Origin: Prasinococcaceae sp. CCMP 1430
Taxonomy: Eukaryota; Plantae; Prasinodermophyta
DNA length: 33,663 nucleotides
Assembly (NCBI GenBank): GCA_013416795.1
Contig: RQSC01000030.1
Coordinates: 281,158 to 314,820, forward strand
Direction: 5' to 3'
Part shown: in pieces, positions 30,801 through 33,663 of the stretch
How positions within the stretch are numbered: position 1 is the first letter of the stretch
Layout of the letters: the number at the start of each line of letters is the position of its first letter
The notes under the pieces: generated by a model
Seen by the model: only the letters and a program-made list of their open reading frames with translations
What the model was told of the DNA's origin: nothing
The model's database searches: none
Translations under genes and position numbers: made by a program

Positions 30801-31726
30801 GACCAGCGTGAAGCCGTCGTCGGTGGTCTCGCCGGAGTAGCACGCCTCGGGGACCGTGCGCCCGCTCGAGGCGTTCACCAGGTCGTTGCATCGCAGCGTG
30901 AGGTCTTTGTTGAGCTGCTCGAGCGTGCGCGTCTCGTTCCAGACCGTTATGGTGTCCAGCACGCCCGTGTAGAAGCCGTCGCCCGCCACCAGCTCGCTCG
31001 CGAAGCCCAGCACCGAGCAGTCGGGCGACGCCACGCGTCCGGGGCACTTCGCGCGGGCGGTGACGTTGCCGTCGAGGTAGTACGTGAGGTGCTGCCCGTC
31101 GTACGTCCAGGCCATGAAGTGCCACACGTTGCCGACGACCGTCCCGTTGCCGAGCAGCGTCTGGGTGACCAGGGAGGTATCGTTGAACTCGCCGCACGTG
31201 CAGTTGTTGACGCCCGCGGGCAGGCCGTTCCAGCACGTGGCGGGGTCGTCCTCCCGCACGATTTGGAAGTTGCTCGTCTGCACGCCCTCCAGCACCCCCA
31301 CGTCGAACGCCAGCGTCGCGTTGACCGCGTCGCCGTCGTGCAGCACGCCGCGCGTGGCCACGATCTGCGGCGTCACGGACTGCCTCATGATGGTCCACGC
31401 GGCGATCGTGAAGTTCTGCGAGGACTCCGTCTGCGGCGCGGGCCCGCAGTTGGCGAACTCGGCGTTCTGCCCGTTGAAGTAGACGGAGCCGTCCTCGATG
31501 AGGATGCCCGTCAGGTTGCACTGCGCGGGGTTCGGTATGTCGCCGCCGCCGGAGGACGGCTGCAGGAGCAGCGGGAACTCGTCGTACGCGTCCGGCGCGT
31601 CCTGGTATCCCCCATCTTCGTCCTCCTGCTCCTGGGGCTGGGGCTGGGCGGCCGGGAGGGGCTGGGGCTGGGCGGCCGCGAGGCGGAAGGCGAGCGCGAG
31701 CGCCGCCGCGCACGCCGCCGCCGCGC
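24825..31726 (-). CDS. Single-pass receptor class III nucleotidyl cyclase: signal peptide, LamG/pentraxin-like domain, NHL repeats, TM, two cyclase domains; exons (gap)-29200, 28974-27175, 26955-24825
   Basis: Signal-like AAAACAAALALAFRLAAAQ. LamG: FTIAAW, WHFMAWTYDGQHLTYYLDG, FYTGVLDTITVWNETRT. NHL: DGPPEDARFMAPAGLA, LFVADRAGSSIRRV, FAYPTGL, YVTDQGNNVVR, DG|FGPLARFSNP. TM IAAIVVSGVLLLAAAALVCFGCFMW. C1 TDIEKSTDLW..EGDAFVVAF..GLRVRIGIHTG. C2 GLRVACGICTG..GPVINRAARIA..GQTL..LKG. Introns 29199-28975 and 27174-26956 have consensus ends. The start codon is probably in the gap. Confidence 0.9.
25302..25571 (-). repeat. In-frame tandem duplication (123-nt period; second unit has an extra 24 nt) inside the cyclase C2 exon
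   Basis: GAGTGCATCGTCGGCAG starts at 25302 and 25425. Protein: EGGSGGHPTSNETGERANNGNGAHRSDDGNGPHRSDDAAAAADDALP / EGGSGGHATSDETGERANNGNGPHGSDDAAASADDAL. Confidence 0.92.
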
Positions 31727-31858
31727 NNNNNNNNNNNNNNNNNNNNNNNNNNNNNNNNNNNNNNNNNNNNNNNNNNNNNNNNNNNNNNNNNNNNNNNNNN
31801 NNNNNNNNNNNNNNNNNNNNNNNNNNNNNNNNNNNNNNNNNNNNNNNNNNNNNNNNNN
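31727..31858. other. Assembly gap (N run) at the 5' end of the cyclase gene
   Basis: Run of N read directly; the right edge is accurate to about 1 nt. Confidence 0.97.
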
Positions 31859-32223
31859 GGCGCCGAGGCGCTATGGCGCCGCCGCGCGCCGCTCCGCGCC
31901 GGCGCCGCCGCGCTGCTTGTTTTTACGCCGCGCGCGCCGCCGGCTGTTCTCTCTGCTCGCTCGCCGTCATCATCAGTCAGTCGTGTCAGAGGCACGAGGC
32001 GCAGCCGCAGATGCCAACCAACAAATAGGCTCGCTCGCCCGTCAGAAGAAGAAAAAAAGCAAGACGTGGCGGGGGCGGACGGACAACGCATTTGCACCAG
32101 CCCGGACACACACGAAAAAATGGCATATTCAGCCTCGGTTAATATGGGTTATCGGGACAGAGGAGGGTCTGCACACGAGCGCGTGTTGGAATTGCAGTGT
32201 TGGCCGGTCGTTCCCCGAGCGCG

Positions 32224-32325
32224 TTCCCTGGACGCGCCTGGGCGGCCAAAAATCAAAATATCTGGCGCAGGAGGCGCGCGCGCGGCGTGTGCCACTCTTG
32301 TTGCTTTGCGCGCTGTCGCGCGCAC
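32224..32325 (+). repeat. 102-bp direct repeat, copy 1
   Basis: TTCCCTGGACGCGCCTGGGCGGCCAAAAATCAAAATATC...GCTGTCGCGCGCAC, identical to 32804-32905. Confidence 0.97.
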
Positions 32326-32358
32326 AGCAACCCCCGCGGCGTGAGCGCCGCGAGAGTC

Positions 32359-32710
32359 ATGGCTCCGACGACCACGCTGCACACGGACTCATCCGAGTTC
32401 GCGTGGGGTGGCGTGGTCGGGGCCGGCGAGCCGGGAGCGGTCCCTGACGTCCCCCAGCCCCGCCATGATGGCGGAGCTGCGAGCCCTGAACGCGCTGCTG
32501 GAGCGCCACGACATAGAACTCCAAACGGAGTATATTCGTTCCGAGTCCAACGTCGACGCGGATCGGCTGTCAAGGGAGGACGACGAGCCAACGTGGCGCC
32601 TGGCTCGGTGGGCGCTGGCTCGCCTCGGGGTACATCGGTGCACGATAGACAGGTTCGCGTCCACCGCGAACGCGGTGCTGCCGCGCTTCAATCCGTTCGC
32701 TCGATGTGCA
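32359..32710 (+). pseudogene. Internally deleted, frameshifted DIRS-type RNase H plus the start of the downstream conserved segment
   Basis: One frame gives TTLHTDSSEFAWGGVV (the TDAS..GWG first motif). The next frame gives LTSPSPAMMAELRALNALLERHDIELQTEYIRSESNVDADRLSR...TIDRFASTANAVLPRFN. The central HI..LE and DN motifs are missing. Confidence 0.8.
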
Positions 32711-32803
32711 AGGATTGGAGGTCATGCCGCACGGCATCCGCCTGCGCCGAGCCTACGTCAAGGGGCAGATCGACGAAGAGCCACACGATATCGTCGGACG
32801 AGT

Positions 32804-32905
32804 TTCCCTGGACGCGCCTGGGCGGCCAAAAATCAAAATATCTGGCGCAGGAGGCGCGCGCGCGGCGTGTGCCACTCTTGTTGCTTTGCGCGCTGTCGCG
32901 CGCAC
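32804..32905 (+). repeat. 102-bp direct repeat, copy 2
   Basis: Base-for-base match to 32224-32325. Confidence 0.97.
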
Positions 32906-33663
32906 CCACCCACCCAACCCGGTCTATTTTGCGTAGGCCTGGGTCAAAGCTTAGTTTTCAGGTTTTAAAGGGTTTCAACCCCTTCACCGTAAGATGTGAC
33001 TTTAAAGGCAACACGAGACCCCCTCAAGATAACCCCGAGCTAGCTAGCTATCTTCTGGGCCGGGCGGGGTGGGGCTGGGGTGAGAAGGTGAGGTTGGGGT
33101 TGAAAGATCCGCGGGTCATCAGATCTTTGGCATGCGCGCGCGCCGCGCGGAAGACTGGCTGGCGAGCGCGCGCGTCTGCCGCCATCGCCTGGGAACGAAC
33201 GAGCCGCTCGATCGATGGAGGATCTGACCCGCACGAGGGCAATAGCCCCGCGATCGGACCGACACGTGCGCCAATCGATCCGGGCGAACCCCACGCCCGC
33301 GTGGGTGCACCCCCGATCAACCGACCAACCAACCAATCAACCAACCAAACTGCGCGCTTGTGCACGTGTCCGTATTTTCCACGTCAAAACGGAAGCGATA
33401 GTGCGATGCGGCGGATCTGCTCTCGCTCGCGCCTTTGTTCGGGCTTGTGCGGGCGCGCGCTCGTGATGCGATGTATTCTGAAGGGCGATGGGCGCGGAAG
33501 GGCGATGGGCGCGCGTACGAACGGAGCGGAGCGAGGGGGCGCGTGCGGAGGTGGGGGGCACAACTGATACTGTAGCAGCAGACGCGGCGTGCGGCCGGTG
33601 CGCGGCAGCGGGCGCCATAGTGCGCGCGGCGGGCGGGGCGCCCCCCCCCCCCAGGCGCCGGGC

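Larger units (their letters stand above)
32224..32905 (+). mobile_element. Non-autonomous DIRS/PAT-type (tyrosine-recombinase retrotransposon) derivative bounded by 102-bp direct repeats
   Basis: Identical repeats at 32224-32325 and 32804-32905 enclose DIRS-type RNase H remnants. No TG..CA termini, tRNA primer site, polypurine tract or target-site duplication are seen. Confidence 0.75.

Noticed and set aside
29890-32447. Long alternative-frame and antisense ORFs (29890..32109 -, 30180..32447 +, and similar at 748..2730, 4146..5072, 9734..11062, 16558..18075, 20551..21744, 25420..26748, 26827..28434)
   Set aside because: These are Arg/Ala/Gly/Pro-rich shadows of real genes. Long stop-free frames are expected at this GC content, and none has a recognisable motif.
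32224-32905. Ty1/Ty3 LTR retrotransposon, TRIM, or CRISPR interpretation of the direct repeats
   Set aside because: No TG..CA ends, primer-binding site, polypurine tract or TSD, and the internal motifs are DIRS-type. Two 102-bp copies 580 bp apart are not a CRISPR array.
33319-33348. Short imperfect (CCAA)n tract
   Set aside because: About six degenerate units of ordinary simple sequence; not telomere-like in context.
32197-33567. 456-aa ORF as an intact transposon protein
   Set aside because: Only about 16 residues (TTLHTDSSEFAWGGVV) resemble RNase H. The rest reads through repeats and non-coding DNA, and the repeat peptide appears twice.
1-33663. tRNA, rRNA or snoRNA genes
   Set aside because: No cloverleaf, rRNA-like segment or convincing C/D or H/ACA box pair was seen by eye. 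tRNAscan-SE and Infernal would be needed to exclude them.

Overview
Eukaryotic, very GC-rich (visibly >70%, not counted), gene-dense window from an intron-containing genome. A green-lineage alga is the best guess, based on the plant-type CX2CX18CX2C GATA finger, USP, plastid-type NOG1-like GTPase and algal-type tandem class III cyclase; the species cannot be determined. Introns inferred by hand have GTGCG/GTACG donors, CTGAC/CTAAC branch-like motifs and CAG acceptors. About 14 well-supported genes are present: GATA factor, RBBP9/YdeN hydrolase, UDP-sugar pyrophosphorylase, two ankyrin proteins, a small membrane protein, a twin-CX9C protein, an RCC1-Tudor-TPR protein, a NOL8-like RRM protein, a DnaJ protein, a hypothetical protein, a NOG1-like GTPase, a GDP-sugar transporter and a >2000-aa receptor cyclase. 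Most interesting: (1) the receptor cyclase has a LamG + NHL ectodomain and two complementary half-degenerate catalytic domains, C1 keeping the metal Asp pair and C2 the Asn/Arg pair; (2) a 682-bp DIRS/PAT-type retroelement derivative carrying an internally deleted RNase H between two perfect 102-bp direct repeats; (3) an AT-rich foldback island with a 27/28 inverted repeat between divergent genes; (4) an 11-nt microexon and a 6-nt first coding exon. There are two N gaps. All splice models and family calls are from manual reading, not database searches.
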